From NCBI RefSeq assembly GCF_004353825.1, contig NZ_SMNA01000010.1, positions 124,001 through 188,000 of the forward strand: DNA of 64,000 nucleotides. The letters run 5' to 3'. This document shows, piece after piece, positions 19,810 to 29,102 of the stretch. Every line of letters starts with the position of its first letter. Position 1 is the stretch's first letter. The DNA is from Occultella glacieicola. GTDB lineage: Bacteria; Actinomycetota; Actinomycetes; Actinomycetales; Beutenbergiaceae. A model generated the notes under the pieces. It made no database searches. It was not told the DNA's origin and saw nothing but the letters and a program-made list of their open reading frames with translations. Made by a program: the position numbers and the translations under genes.

Positions 19810-20678
19810 GGTGTGCCTGCCGGCCCGGGGCGCTCGGGCAGCCGGGCGGTCAGCCGGTAGCCGTCGCCGACGCGCTCACCGAGCAGGGTGCCACGGAGGG
19901 CGTCGACGCGCTCGCGCAGGCCCGCGATCCCCGCCCCGGCGCCGGCGTGCGGCGCCCACCCGGGAGCCGGGCCGTCGTCGGTGATCGTGGCGAGCACGTC
20001 GTCGCCGGCGCGCGCGACCTGAACGCGCACCGCCGTCGGGCCGGCATGCCGGACGGTGTTCGTCAGGCCCTCGCGCACGATCGCGCACACGGTCAGCTGG
20101 GTTCCGGCCGAGACCTCGCCGAGGTCGGTGACCTCGAGCACGGCCTCGACCCCGCCGGCCCGGGCCGCGGCCACGATCCGCGGCAGGTCGGCGAGGGCCT
20201 CCGCGGGCCGTAGCGGCGCGCCCTCTCCGGGCGTGCGCAACACCGAGAGCATCCGGCGCAGCTCGGTCGTGGCAGCCCGGGCGGTCCGTTCGATGTCCGC
20301 CAGCGCGGCGGCCCGTTCGGTCGCCGCGGCCGGACCGGTGACGGTGCGGGCAGCGGCGGCGCGGACGGTGACCAGGCCGAGCCCATGGGAGGCCAGATCG
20401 TGCAGGTCGCGGGCGATCCGCAGGCGCTCGGCCTGGGCGGCGCGTTCGGCGGCCCACGCGGTTAGTTCGTCCTCGAAGGCGCGTCGCTCCTGCCGGGCTC
20501 GCCACAGGGCCCAGCCCAGCACGGCGGCGGCGAACACGGCGGCACCCAGCAGGACCGCCATCGCGCCGAACGGCGGATCGACGCCGACCGTCGAGAGCAC
20601 GAGCGCCAGCGCCACGATCAGGCCACCGGCGACCAGCCAGACGCGCGAGCGCAGCACGGGGCGGTCGGTCTTGGGCAC
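19806..20678 (-). CDS. HisKA_3 sensor histidine kinase
   Basis: Two TM helices, RIARDLHD, EGLTNTVRHA, DDG, GAGIAGLRERV; TAGACT 7 nt before GTG. Confidence 0.92.
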   Translation of the reverse strand: MPKTDRPVLRSRVWLVAGGLIVALALVLSTVGVDPPFGAMAVLLGAAVFAAAVLGWALWRARQERRAFEDELTAWAAERAAQAERLRIARDLHDLASHGLGLVTVRAAAARTVTGPAAATERAAALADIERTARAATTELRRMLSVLRTPGEGAPLRPAEALADLPRIVAAARAGGVEAVLEVTDLGEVSAGTQLTVCAIVREGLTNTVRHAGPTAVRVQVARAGDDVLATITDDGPAPGWAPHAGAGAGIAGLRERVDALRGTLLGERVGDGYRLTARLPERPGPAGTP

Positions 20679-20713
20679 CCGGCCGAGTCTAGATTCCCCG
20701 TCGCGGTCGCACA

Positions 20714-20776
20714 TCGGACCCGGGTCTGAGGGACCCGGGTGGCACGCCCACCGGCCAGGTTCGGACCCGGGGCCGA
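20714..20776. promoter_or_regulatory. Putative response-regulator binding palindromes
   Basis: TCGGACCCGGGTCTGA (20714-20729), GGACCCGGGT (20731-20740), TCGGACCCGGGGCCGA (20761-20776). Confidence 0.55.
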
Positions 20777-20811
20777 TGTCGGCCGGGCGCGCTCACGATC
20801 GGATGGTCGGC

Positions 20812-21525
20812 ATGCTCCTCATCGATCAGCTCGTCAAACGTCACGGCACCCGGACCGTGCTCGATCACGTCGGCTTCGAGGCCCACCCGGGCCGCGTGAC
20901 CGCGTTCCTGGGCGCCAACGGTGCCGGGAAGTCCTCCACGCTGCGGATCCTGCTCGGGCTCGACCGGCCCGACGGCGGAACCGCCCTGGTCGGCGGCCGT
21001 CCGTACCGGAGCCTGCGCGACCCGCTCCGCACGGTCGGGTCGATGCTCGACGGCTCGGGGGCGCACCGCGCCCGGACGGCGCGCGACCATCTGGCCTGGC
21101 TGGCCCGCAGCAACGGCATCGACCGCCGCCGGGTCGGCGAGGTGCTGGACCAGGTCGGGCTCGCGTCCTCCGCCAGGGTCCGGGTCGGCCGGCTCTCGCT
21201 GGGCATGGGACAGCGGCTCGGGCTCGCGGCGGCGCTGCTCGGCGAACCGCAGGCGCTCGTCCTCGACGAGCCCGTCAACGGGCTGGACCCGGAGGGCATC
21301 CGTTGGATGCGCGGCCTCCTGCGTGACCAGGCCGCCGCGGGAGGGACGGTGCTGCTGTCCAGCCACCTGATGTCCGAGGTCGCCGACGTCGCGGACGACC
21401 TCGTGGTCATCGCGGGCGGGCGGATCGTGGCGGCCGGGACCCTCGCCGAGCTCACCGCCGGGTACGACCGGCTCGAGGACGCGTTCTTCGCGCTCACCAG
21501 TGGCGACGGGGGAGCGCGCCGATGA
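20812..21525 (+). CDS. ABC exporter ATP-binding protein
   Basis: Walker A GANGAGKS, LSLGMGQR, Walker B LVLDEP, SSH. Confidence 0.95.
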   Translation: MLLIDQLVKRHGTRTVLDHVGFEAHPGRVTAFLGANGAGKSSTLRILLGLDRPDGGTALVGGRPYRSLRDPLRTVGSMLDGSGAHRARTARDHLAWLARSNGIDRRRVGEVLDQVGLASSARVRVGRLSLGMGQRLGLAAALLGEPQALVLDEPVNGLDPEGIRWMRGLLRDQAAAGGTVLLSSHLMSEVADVADDLVVIAGGRIVAAGTLAELTAGYDRLEDAFFALTSGDGGARR

Positions 21526-22310
21526 GCGTGACCGGCCTGCTCGCGGCGGAACTGCGCAAGACCGTGACGCTGCCGGCAGCCTGGGCGGGCATCGGCGTCG
21601 CGGTGCTCGGCTCGATCGCGCTCACGGTGCTCAACGCCGTGACGACCCGGTCCGCGATCGACGCCGGCACGCCGGAGCGGGTGGCGAACACGTCGGCGTT
21701 CGAGGCCGCGTTCGCCGCGATGCCGCTCGGCACCGTCGGTGCGGTGGTCCTCGGCGTCGTCATGATCAGCAGCGAGTACGCCGCGAACGCCGCCGACGCC
21801 GGCGGTGGACGGCAGATCACGGCCACGCTGACCGCGATGCCACGCCGGATGAGCCTGCTCGCCGCGAAGGTGACGGTGCTCGTCCTGCTCGTGATCGCCG
21901 TCGCCGCCGTCACGTTGCCGACCACCGTGGGGATCGCGAACGCGGTCATCGGTGGCGCCGCGACCGAGACGGTGACGCCCGAGCAGGCGCTGCTGCGCGG
22001 GCTCGGCGGAGCCCTCTACTGGGCGCTCACCGGACTCATCGCCGCCGCGGTCACCCTGCTGACCCGCAGCGGGCTGATCGCGCCGATCGTGCTGATCGCG
22101 AACAACTCGGTGGTGTCGGTCTCCTTGCTGCTGACCAACCTCACCCCGCTGGCGCACTGGTTGCCCGACCTGGCCGGCCGTCGGTTGTTCGCCGGCATGG
22201 ACACGGTCGACGGCGGGTTGGCCGCCGGCCCCGGTGCGCTCGTCATGGCTGCCTGGACCGTGGTGTTCCTGATCGTGGCCGCGGTGGTCTTCCGGCGCCG
22301 GGACGCCTGA
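21522..22310 (+). CDS. ABC exporter permease
   Basis: ~6 TM, AELRK, SSEY, FRRRDA C-terminus. Confidence 0.88.
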   Translation: MSVTGLLAAELRKTVTLPAAWAGIGVAVLGSIALTVLNAVTTRSAIDAGTPERVANTSAFEAAFAAMPLGTVGAVVLGVVMISSEYAANAADAGGGRQITATLTAMPRRMSLLAAKVTVLVLLVIAVAAVTLPTTVGIANAVIGGAATETVTPEQALLRGLGGALYWALTGLIAAAVTLLTRSGLIAPIVLIANNSVVSVSLLLTNLTPLAHWLPDLAGRRLFAGMDTVDGGLAAGPGALVMAAWTVVFLIVAAVVFRRRDA

Positions 22311-23029
22311 TGGGCACAAGGGGCCTGGCCGCGGAGCTGGACAAGCTCCGGACGTTGCCGGCGATCGGGTTCGCCATCGTCGGAGCCGTCCTCACCGGCG
22401 TCGTGATAGCCGGCGCACTGGTCGCGTCCGCAGCCGCGGCGGGGACGCCGGCCTCCGTCGTCGAAATCGTTCTCGCCGCGGTCCCATTCGTGCAGGTGCC
22501 GATCATCGTGCTCGGTGTGTTGCCGGCGGGACAGGAGTACGACGGGCGCCAGATTGCCACGACGCTCGTCGCGATGCCCGACCGTGCGCGCGCGCTGGCG
22601 GGCAAGACCATGGCGGCGACCGCCGTCGTTGGCCTCGGTACGGCGCTGAGCGTCGGCGCGGCGCTCACGACCGGCGTGATCGCGGCCGGCGTCGCCGAGG
22701 TGACGCTGACGAGCGCAACCGCCCCGTGGCGCCTGGCCGGTGCAGTCGGCTACCTCACCATCATCGGCCTGCTCGCCCACGTCGTCGCCGTGGCGTTGCG
22801 GCAGCTGGTGCCAGCGTTGGTCGCGACACTTGCCCTGATCGTGGTCATCTCGCCGTTGTCGGCCGGCCTCACCGAGCATGCACGCTGGCTGCCGGACCGA
22901 GCCGCGTCGCAGTTGTACGCCGACACGGACGCGCTGTTGACCACGGCGACCGGGCCGTTGGGGGCGCTCGCCTGGATCGCCGCGATCGGGACGCTCGCGG
23001 CCGTCAGGTTCATCCGCCTCGACCCCTGA
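22310..23029 (+). CDS. ABC exporter permease
   Basis: Paralog of upstream permease (AELDKLRT, QEYDGRQI, WLPD); TGATG overlap. Confidence 0.88.
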   Translation: MGTRGLAAELDKLRTLPAIGFAIVGAVLTGVVIAGALVASAAAAGTPASVVEIVLAAVPFVQVPIIVLGVLPAGQEYDGRQIATTLVAMPDRARALAGKTMAATAVVGLGTALSVGAALTTGVIAAGVAEVTLTSATAPWRLAGAVGYLTIIGLLAHVVAVALRQLVPALVATLALIVVISPLSAGLTEHARWLPDRAASQLYADTDALLTTATGPLGALAWIAAIGTLAAVRFIRLDP

Positions 23030-23055
23030 CCCGCCGGACGGGTCAGCGGCGCAAC
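23026..23055. repeat. REP-like palindromic repeat, partial copy
   Basis: CTGACCCG-CCGGA-CGGGTCAGCGGCGCAAC. Confidence 0.6.
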
Positions 23056-23114
23056 CCCTGGGACGGCCGGCGCGACCGTGGCGATCGGGGCACGCGATGG
23101 GGGAGGATCGGCGC

Positions 23115-23993
23115 ATGCGGGTCACTCAGTTGCGCGTCTACCCGGTGAAGTCCCTGGGCGGCCAGGCGGTGACCGACGCCCAGGTCGAACCGTGGGGCCT
23201 GGCCGGGGACCGGCGCTGGGGCATCGTCGACGAAGCCGGGAAGAAGGTCACGGCCCGCGAACTGCGCGCCCTGCTCGGGCTGCGCGCCGAGGTGATCGGA
23301 GCCGACGCGATCAGGATCCACGCGGACTCCGGGAGCATCGTCGTGCCCACCCCGCGCGGGTTCGCCCCGGTACCGGTCAGCCATGCCCGGCAGGGACTCG
23401 CCGTGCCGGCGCGGGACTGCGCCAGCGACTGGGTCAGTGCCCGCGTGGGCCGGCCCGTGCGGCTCGTCTGGCAGGAGGACCCGACGGTGCGCTCGATCGA
23501 TGAGGAGCACGGCGGGCACCCCGGGGACTCGCTCACGCTGGCGGACGCCGGCCCGCTGCTATTGACGTCCGAGGCCTCGCTCGCGCAACTGCAGGACTGG
23601 ATCGACGCCGAGGTCGGCGACCCCGACCCGGCCGGTCTCGACCCGAACGACCTGAGCGGTCCGGGTGTCGGCGGACCCGCGCGAGTGGGCGCCCCGCTGA
23701 GCATGATCCGGTTCCGCCCGAACCTCGTCATCGACGGCGAGGCGCCGTTCGCGGAAGACGACTGGCCGACCGTGCGGATCGGCGACCTCGAGTTCCGGAC
23801 CTCCGAGATCTGCGACCGGTGCGTGATGACGACGATCGACCCGGTCACCCTCGCCGGTGGCAAGGAGCCGATCCGCACCCTGGCCCGACACCGCCGCTGG
23901 GACCGCAAGACCTGGTTCGGCACCCGACTGGTGCCCCTCGGCGTCGGCGAGCTGCGCGTCGGGGACGCGGTCCTCCCGGGCCGCCGAGCCTGA
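23115..23993 (+). CDS. MOSC domain-containing protein
   Basis: YPVKS, GDRRW, RFRPNLV, EDDW, CDRCVMTT. Confidence 0.93.
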   Translation: MRVTQLRVYPVKSLGGQAVTDAQVEPWGLAGDRRWGIVDEAGKKVTARELRALLGLRAEVIGADAIRIHADSGSIVVPTPRGFAPVPVSHARQGLAVPARDCASDWVSARVGRPVRLVWQEDPTVRSIDEEHGGHPGDSLTLADAGPLLLTSEASLAQLQDWIDAEVGDPDPAGLDPNDLSGPGVGGPARVGAPLSMIRFRPNLVIDGEAPFAEDDWPTVRIGDLEFRTSEICDRCVMTTIDPVTLAGGKEPIRTLARHRRWDRKTWFGTRLVPLGVGELRVGDAVLPGRRA

Positions 23994-24005
23994 CCACGTT
24001 CGTGT

Positions 24006-24094
24006 GTTGCGCCACTGACCCGTAGGGCGGGTCAGTGGCGCAACGCTGGAACGGTGCCGCGTCGGTGACCCGTGGGGCGGGTCAGTGGCGCAAC
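24006..24094. repeat. Two tandem REP-like hairpins between convergent genes
   Basis: GTTGCGCCACTGACCCG-TAGGG-CGGGTCAGTGGCGCAAC (24006-24044) and partial copy (24066-24094). Confidence 0.75.
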
Positions 24095-24108
24095 GTGTCG
24101 CACCGGTC

Positions 24109-24678
24109 CTACGTCTGGTCCGGGTCCACCAGTTTGCCGCTCGTGGACAGTTCCGGGTCGGTGCAGGAGGACAGGTCGAAGCAGCACGGGCGGCGTTTGC
24201 CGGATCGGAGCTTGGAGATGCTGACCTCGACCCGGCGCTCGCGGGTCTGCGGATTCCTCGTGGCATTGACCCACCGGACCCACTCCCAGCGCGCCATCGG
24301 GGTGATGTCCGCCCAGACGCCGGCAATGTCCGTCGCCTCGCCGAGCGCCGACCCCAGATCGTCGGGGATCTCGGGCTCGGGCCAGTCCTTGGTCGGCTCG
24401 ATCTCGACATTGACGACGTCGCCGGCCTCGAGACCGTGCCCGGTGTCGATCGCGAGCCAGTGTCCACGCCGGCCATCCGGCTCCACGACGGCGGCAACGG
24501 CAGAGCCGTTCAGCCGCACCCGCGCGGCCACCTGGCCACGGGACGGGAGTCGGGCGCTCGCCTCGCCGGGCAGTCGGACGAGTTCGCGGTCGCCGATGGT
24601 CTCGACGGGGGCCTCGAAGACGACATTGTGGGAACTGTCCGTGTCGTTGGCGCCGTGCGCCGTCTCCTGCGCTGTCAT
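24109..24678 (-). CDS. DUF1905 + YdeI/OmpD-associated family protein
   Basis: LPSRGQV, EPDGRRGHW, ITPMARWEWVRWV, GKRRPCCF. Confidence 0.85.
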   Translation of the reverse strand: MTAQETAHGANDTDSSHNVVFEAPVETIGDRELVRLPGEASARLPSRGQVAARVRLNGSAVAAVVEPDGRRGHWLAIDTGHGLEAGDVVNVEIEPTKDWPEPEIPDDLGSALGEATDIAGVWADITPMARWEWVRWVNATRNPQTRERRVEVSISKLRSGKRRPCCFDLSSCTDPELSTSGKLVDPDQT

Positions 24679-24832
24679 CGGTCTCACCGCTTCCTCTCGG
24701 TCCGCACCTGGAACCCATTCAGGCTACGTCCGGCGCTCGGTCCCGCGCTTCTTCGATCCTGACCGGTCCGCTCGGGGTGTCCTACTCTGGGCGGGATCGC
24801 TACGTGCAGTGGCCCGTCGATGGGGGTGCTCG

Positions 24833-25198
24833 GTGATTCCGACGCAGGCGCAGGCCGACCTGGTCCAGCGCGTCCGCGAACTGCTCGTGGGCGAACCGTC
24901 GACCCGCGAGGTGTCGATGTTCGGCGGCCGGGCCTTCATGGTGGCTGAGTCGATGGTGGTGAGCGCGCACCGGTCCGGGGACCTGCTCGTGCGGGTACCG
25001 GCCGAGCGACACGACGAGCTGCTCGCCCGGCCCGGGGCCGAGCAGGCCGAGATGGGAACCGGGCGGACGATGGGCCCGGGGTGGGTCACCGTCTCGGCCG
25101 CGACCCTCGAGTCCGTGGCGGACCTGTCCGCCTGGCTCGACATCGCGCTGGACCACAACCGGGCCGTGACCGGACGCGACGGCGGAACCGGGGCCTAG
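24833..25198 (+). CDS. TfoX/Sxy N-terminal domain protein
   Basis: REVSMFGGRAFMV, LLVRV, MGPGWVTV; start uncertain. Confidence 0.82.
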   Translation: MIPTQAQADLVQRVRELLVGEPSTREVSMFGGRAFMVAESMVVSAHRSGDLLVRVPAERHDELLARPGAEQAEMGTGRTMGPGWVTVSAATLESVADLSAWLDIALDHNRAVTGRDGGTGA

Positions 25199-25626
25199 CG
25201 GGGTCCCGGCGGCACCTGTCCCGACTGAGCGCCGCGGTTACGCGCCATCGCCTTACGGGTCCAGGACGCGGTCAGGCCGACGAGGATCGTGCTCCCGACC
25301 ACGGTGAGCGCGCCGATGAAGACGGTCGTCGCACCCTGCACCTGTGCGAGGACGAGGACGACCGCGCCGACCACGGCAGCGGCCACCTGGATGCCGGTCA
25401 CCACGAGCACCAGCCCGCTGCTGGTCGGTCGGGGCCCACCACCGAGCACGATGAGCAGCAGCACCGCGGCCACCGCCGAGACGATGGCGATGGTCGCGGT
25501 GACGATGCTGACGAGCTCGTTCGGTTCGGTGGTGGCACCGAACAGGGCATTCAGTCCGAGCATGGCGCCGGCGAAGGCGATCCCGAGGATCGCGAACGCG
25601 ATCCCGGCCGCGCGGGGTGAGATCAC
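25195..25626 (-). CDS. Four-TM membrane protein (candidate immunity protein)
   Basis: Four hydrophobic segments; starts 1 nt after upstream stop. Confidence 0.75.
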   Translation of the reverse strand: MISPRAAGIAFAILGIAFAGAMLGLNALFGATTEPNELVSIVTATIAIVSAVAAVLLLIVLGGGPRPTSSGLVLVVTGIQVAAAVVGAVVLVLAQVQGATTVFIGALTVVGSTILVGLTASWTRKAMARNRGAQSGQVPPGPR

Positions 25627-25627
25627 G

Positions 25628-26329
25628 TCAGACCACGAACTCCGGCCAGCGCGTCACGCTCGCGCCCGTGATCGACAGGCGCATGTTGTTCGCCTGGGTC
25701 TGGATCGTGTTGCCCAGGTTCCAGCCGGCGGCGAGGATCGCGGCGACCGCGACCCCGCCGGCCGCGATGATGATGAACACGCCGGCCGGGATGCCGACGA
25801 TCGTGGCTGACGAGGCCAGGCCGCCGACGATGCCGGCGATCAGCGCGGCGAAGGCCCCGATGATGGCGCCGTAGAACACGAACATCGCGGTCCGTAGGGC
25901 GTCCAGTGCGGCGACGACCTTGGTGGCGATCGCCTCACCGATCGCCGCGATCGTGGCGTGTTGCTCGGTGGCCCGGTTCTTGTACTTGGTGGCCGCATCA
26001 CCCACCCACGAGTCGTCGTCGGTGGCCAGTTGGCCGGCGGTGACGGTCGAGGCGATCGAGCCGGACGGCGTCGCGACCTTGCTGATCCAGTTCTCGCTCT
26101 GGGTGGAGACACCGGCCGGGTCGCCGAAGCTCTCGATGATCCGGTTGACGCCGGCCCAGAAGTCGTCCCACATCTGGATGACCTGCTGCCAGGCCCGGTC
26201 GATCTGGTCGAGGACCCAGCGCAGGGCGGCGGGGACGAAGGACAGCACGCGGTTCACGGCGTCGACGAACGACTGCCACTTCTGCTGGACCTGCTGGATC
26301 AGTCGGATGATCTCGTCGATCAGGTGCAT
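25628..26329 (-). CDS. WXG100-like domain protein with C-terminal hydrophobic hairpin
   Basis: GDPAGVSTQSENW and SWVGDAATKY (WxG), ~55-aa uncharged C-terminal stretch; GGAAGG RBS. Confidence 0.75.
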   Translation of the reverse strand: MHLIDEIIRLIQQVQQKWQSFVDAVNRVLSFVPAALRWVLDQIDRAWQQVIQMWDDFWAGVNRIIESFGDPAGVSTQSENWISKVATPSGSIASTVTAGQLATDDDSWVGDAATKYKNRATEQHATIAAIGEAIATKVVAALDALRTAMFVFYGAIIGAFAALIAGIVGGLASSATIVGIPAGVFIIIAAGGVAVAAILAAGWNLGNTIQTQANNMRLSITGASVTRWPEFVV

Positions 26330-26375
26330 GGGATTGTGCCTTCCTGGTGTGTCTGCAATCGGTCGGGTACGGCGG

Positions 26376-26690
26376 TCAGCCGTCGAGGGTCCACATCGAT
26401 CGGTACTTGGCCGCCGCTGCCTCCTCGTTCGCCAGGTAGTCGGCGTGGATGGTCTGCAGCGTCGAGACGGTGGCGTTGAGTTCCTCGGCCCCGGACGAGG
26501 CCAGCGCGGCCACGTGGGCCCGGACCTCCTCGTAGGCCTGCGCGGCCGCGAGGTCGTTGCCGGTGAAGGCCAGCTCGCCGAGCGTCATCCCGGCCAGGTC
26601 CGTGGACATGGTGGTCATCCCGCTGGCGGCCTCCGCCCACTTGGTGGTGTCCGCGGCGAGGTTCTCCAGGGCGACTTCGAGATCGGTCAT
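26376..26690 (-). CDS. Small WXG100-like / type VII secretion target protein
   Basis: 104-aa helical hairpin, LEVALENL..DTTKW N-terminus, C-terminal YLANE (YxxxE); TAGGAG RBS. Confidence 0.7.
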   Translation of the reverse strand: MTDLEVALENLAADTTKWAEAASGMTTMSTDLAGMTLGELAFTGNDLAAAQAYEEVRAHVAALASSGAEELNATVSTLQTIHADYLANEEAAAAKYRSMWTLDG

Positions 26691-26700
26691 GGTGTGACTC

Positions 26701-27459
26701 CTAGCTGTGGAAGACGTCGGGCTTGAGGATGGCGGCCATGGTCTGCGGGTCCTGTACGCGCGCGGCGAACGCGTTGAGGTCGTCGACGGCGGACAGCGCG
26801 GTGGCCGATTCGCTGGCCGCCGCGGCGAGCCCGTTCGTGATGGCCTCGGTCAGGGCCCGGGAGATGTTGAACGCGTGCGAGCGGTCGGCGAAGTCGGGGT
26901 CGACGATCACCTGGACCAGGCCACCGGAGCCGTCCACGATGACCTCCACGCCCCGCTGGCGGTCCTGGCCGACCGAGCGGGCCTGGCTGCGGCTCTCGAC
27001 CGCCGTCACGGCCAGATCGATCGCCTGCTGCAGCGACTCGAGCTGGTCGATGAGGCCGCGGGTGGCCGCCACGCCGTCGATCGAGGACTCGCCGACCAAC
27101 TCCTCGAGCCGGGAGGCGTACTGCTCGTGCCGCGGAGGCAGCGGGCGGGTGCGCGGCTCCGGCTCCTCGTCCAGGTCCTTGAGCGCGCTGCCCCACTGCT
27201 CGGTCCGGCTCAGGCTCGCCGCGACGAACGCCTCCACGACGGCGGTGCCGAGTTCCTCGGCCTCGTACTCATCCGACCACGCCTCCAGGACCGCGACGTC
27301 GCGGAACCGGCCCTCGCCGTCGAGCCGGACGGTGACCACCTCGGCCCGGTCCCTGCCTTCGGCCACGTCGAGCCGCCCCTGGGAGGCTTCGATCCGTTGA
27401 CTCATCCGATCCATGGAATCGCGAATATCCGCGAGTCGTTCCAGGTCCTCGTTGGGCAT
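26701..27459 (-). CDS. Tandem YbaB/EbfC-like domain protein
   Basis: Two repeats: GRDRAEVVTVRLDGEGRFRDVAV and GQDRQRGVEVIVDGSGGLVQVIV. Confidence 0.75.
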   Translation of the reverse strand: MPNEDLERLADIRDSMDRMSQRIEASQGRLDVAEGRDRAEVVTVRLDGEGRFRDVAVLEAWSDEYEAEELGTAVVEAFVAASLSRTEQWGSALKDLDEEPEPRTRPLPPRHEQYASRLEELVGESSIDGVAATRGLIDQLESLQQAIDLAVTAVESRSQARSVGQDRQRGVEVIVDGSGGLVQVIVDPDFADRSHAFNISRALTEAITNGLAAAASESATALSAVDDLNAFAARVQDPQTMAAILKPDVFHS

Positions 27460-27576
27460 GCCGTTCAATCCCCTGTTCGATCAGCGACGGGCGTGACGTC
27501 CGTGACGATATCGGTGCCGAGCCCCGGGCGGAATGGGTCGACCTCCCCATCGGCCCCGTGGGCTCACGGACCGGAT

Positions 27577-28428
27577 CTACTGGATCGCCGAGCGCCCCGG
27601 GATCAGCGCCGTGTACTTCCGACCCCCGCGTTTGGCGGCGAGCACCCGGTCCAGGCGCTGCGCCAGCCTGGAGATGATGATGTTCAGGATCACGTAGATG
27701 ACGGTGATCACGAGGTAGGTCTGGATCAGGTCCCCGGTGTTGGCGACCAGGACCCGCCCGCTCTGCATCAGCTCGCTGTAGCTGACCACATACCCGAACG
27801 CGGTGTCCTTGACCACGATGACCGCCTGCGCCACCAGGGCCGGGATGACCACCCGTAGCGCCTGCGGGAAGATCACCAGCCGGAACGCCTGCGGCCCGGT
27901 CATCCCGACGGCGGCCGCGGCCTCGCCCTGCCCCCGCGGCAGCGCGAGCACACCGGCCCGGAACACCTCGGCCAGGGTGGCCGCCGCGCACAGCCCGATC
28001 GGGATCACCAGCTTCCAGTAGACGTCCGGGTTGATGCCGTACTGGGGCAGGGCGAACATGAAGATGTAGATGATCAGGAGGACCGGCACGGCCCGGAACG
28101 CCTCGATCACCGCCGTCGCCGGCCACCGGAACCAGGCGCTGCGGGACAACCGCCCGACCGCCAGCAGCAGCCCGAGCGGCAGCCCGATCGCGGCCGCACC
28201 GAGCGCGGCCAGCCCGGTGTTCGCGAGGGCGCGACCCAGGTAGCGGATCGTGGCCGGCTGCCACAGTTCCCGCCATTTCGACGGCGCCAGCTGGCCGCTG
28301 GAGTAGAACTGGTAGTAGGCGAGCGCGAACAGGCCGACGATGCCCACGAGCGAGATCACCGTGACGATCGCGATCCGCCGGCGCGCCCTCGGCCCGGCGG
28401 TGTCGAACAACGCGTGCTGCATGCTCAT
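27577..28428 (-). CDS. Polar amino acid ABC transporter permease (GluD-like)
   Basis: ALFDTAGPRARRR, FRAVPVL, AEVFRAG, EAA loop, KDT. Confidence 0.92.
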   Translation of the reverse strand: MSMQHALFDTAGPRARRRIAIVTVISLVGIVGLFALAYYQFYSSGQLAPSKWRELWQPATIRYLGRALANTGLAALGAAAIGLPLGLLLAVGRLSRSAWFRWPATAVIEAFRAVPVLLIIYIFMFALPQYGINPDVYWKLVIPIGLCAAATLAEVFRAGVLALPRGQGEAAAAVGMTGPQAFRLVIFPQALRVVIPALVAQAVIVVKDTAFGYVVSYSELMQSGRVLVANTGDLIQTYLVITVIYVILNIIISRLAQRLDRVLAAKRGGRKYTALIPGRSAIQ

Positions 28429-29072
28429 CGCAGCACCCGCAGCCGCGTCTCCAGGCGCGCCCCGAGGGCGGCCGCGCCGAGGGAGATGGCCGCGTACAGC
28501 ACCGCCGCGACGAGGAACGTGGTGATCCCGAGCGCCTCCCGGTTGTTGATGTAGGAGACCGTGCCGGTCAGGTCCCGCACGCCCACCACGGTGGCCAGCG
28601 AGGAACTGAGCAGGATCCCGATGAACAGGGTCACGGTCGGCCCGATCACGGTGCGGGTCGCCTGCGGCAGGATCAGGTCGCGGACGATGCCGCCGAAGGT
28701 CAGCCCGATCGAGCGGGCCGCCTCGACCTGCCCGGCGCCGATGGCGTTGATGCCGGTGCGGAAGGTCTCACACGCGAACGCCGTGCCGACCAGGGTCATC
28801 GCGATGATCACCCCGGGCACGAAACCGGGGTTGAGGTTGATCTCCGGCAGCCCGTAGACCACCACGATCAGCAGGCTCACCAGCGGCACGTTCCGGAAGA
28901 TCTCCACGTACACCGCGCCCGCCACCCGCAGCGGCGGGATCGGGCTGATCCGGAACGTGGCCAGGATCAACCCGAGCACTACGGAGGCGACGAACGCGAC
29001 CGCGGTAAGCACCGCCGTCGTCCCCAGACCACGCGCCAGCGTGCCGAGGTACTCGGTCAGGATGATCTGCAC
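28425..29072 (-). CDS. Polar amino acid ABC transporter permease (GluC-like)
   Basis: YVEIFRNVP, GQVEAARSIGL, ILPQA. Confidence 0.92.
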   Translation of the reverse strand: MQIILTEYLGTLARGLGTTAVLTAVAFVASVVLGLILATFRISPIPPLRVAGAVYVEIFRNVPLVSLLIVVVYGLPEINLNPGFVPGVIIAMTLVGTAFACETFRTGINAIGAGQVEAARSIGLTFGGIVRDLILPQATRTVIGPTVTLFIGILLSSSLATVVGVRDLTGTVSYINNREALGITTFLVAAVLYAAISLGAAALGARLETRLRVLR

Positions 29073-29102
29073 GCCCGTCTCCTCCGGCTCACACGGGGGA
29101 GG

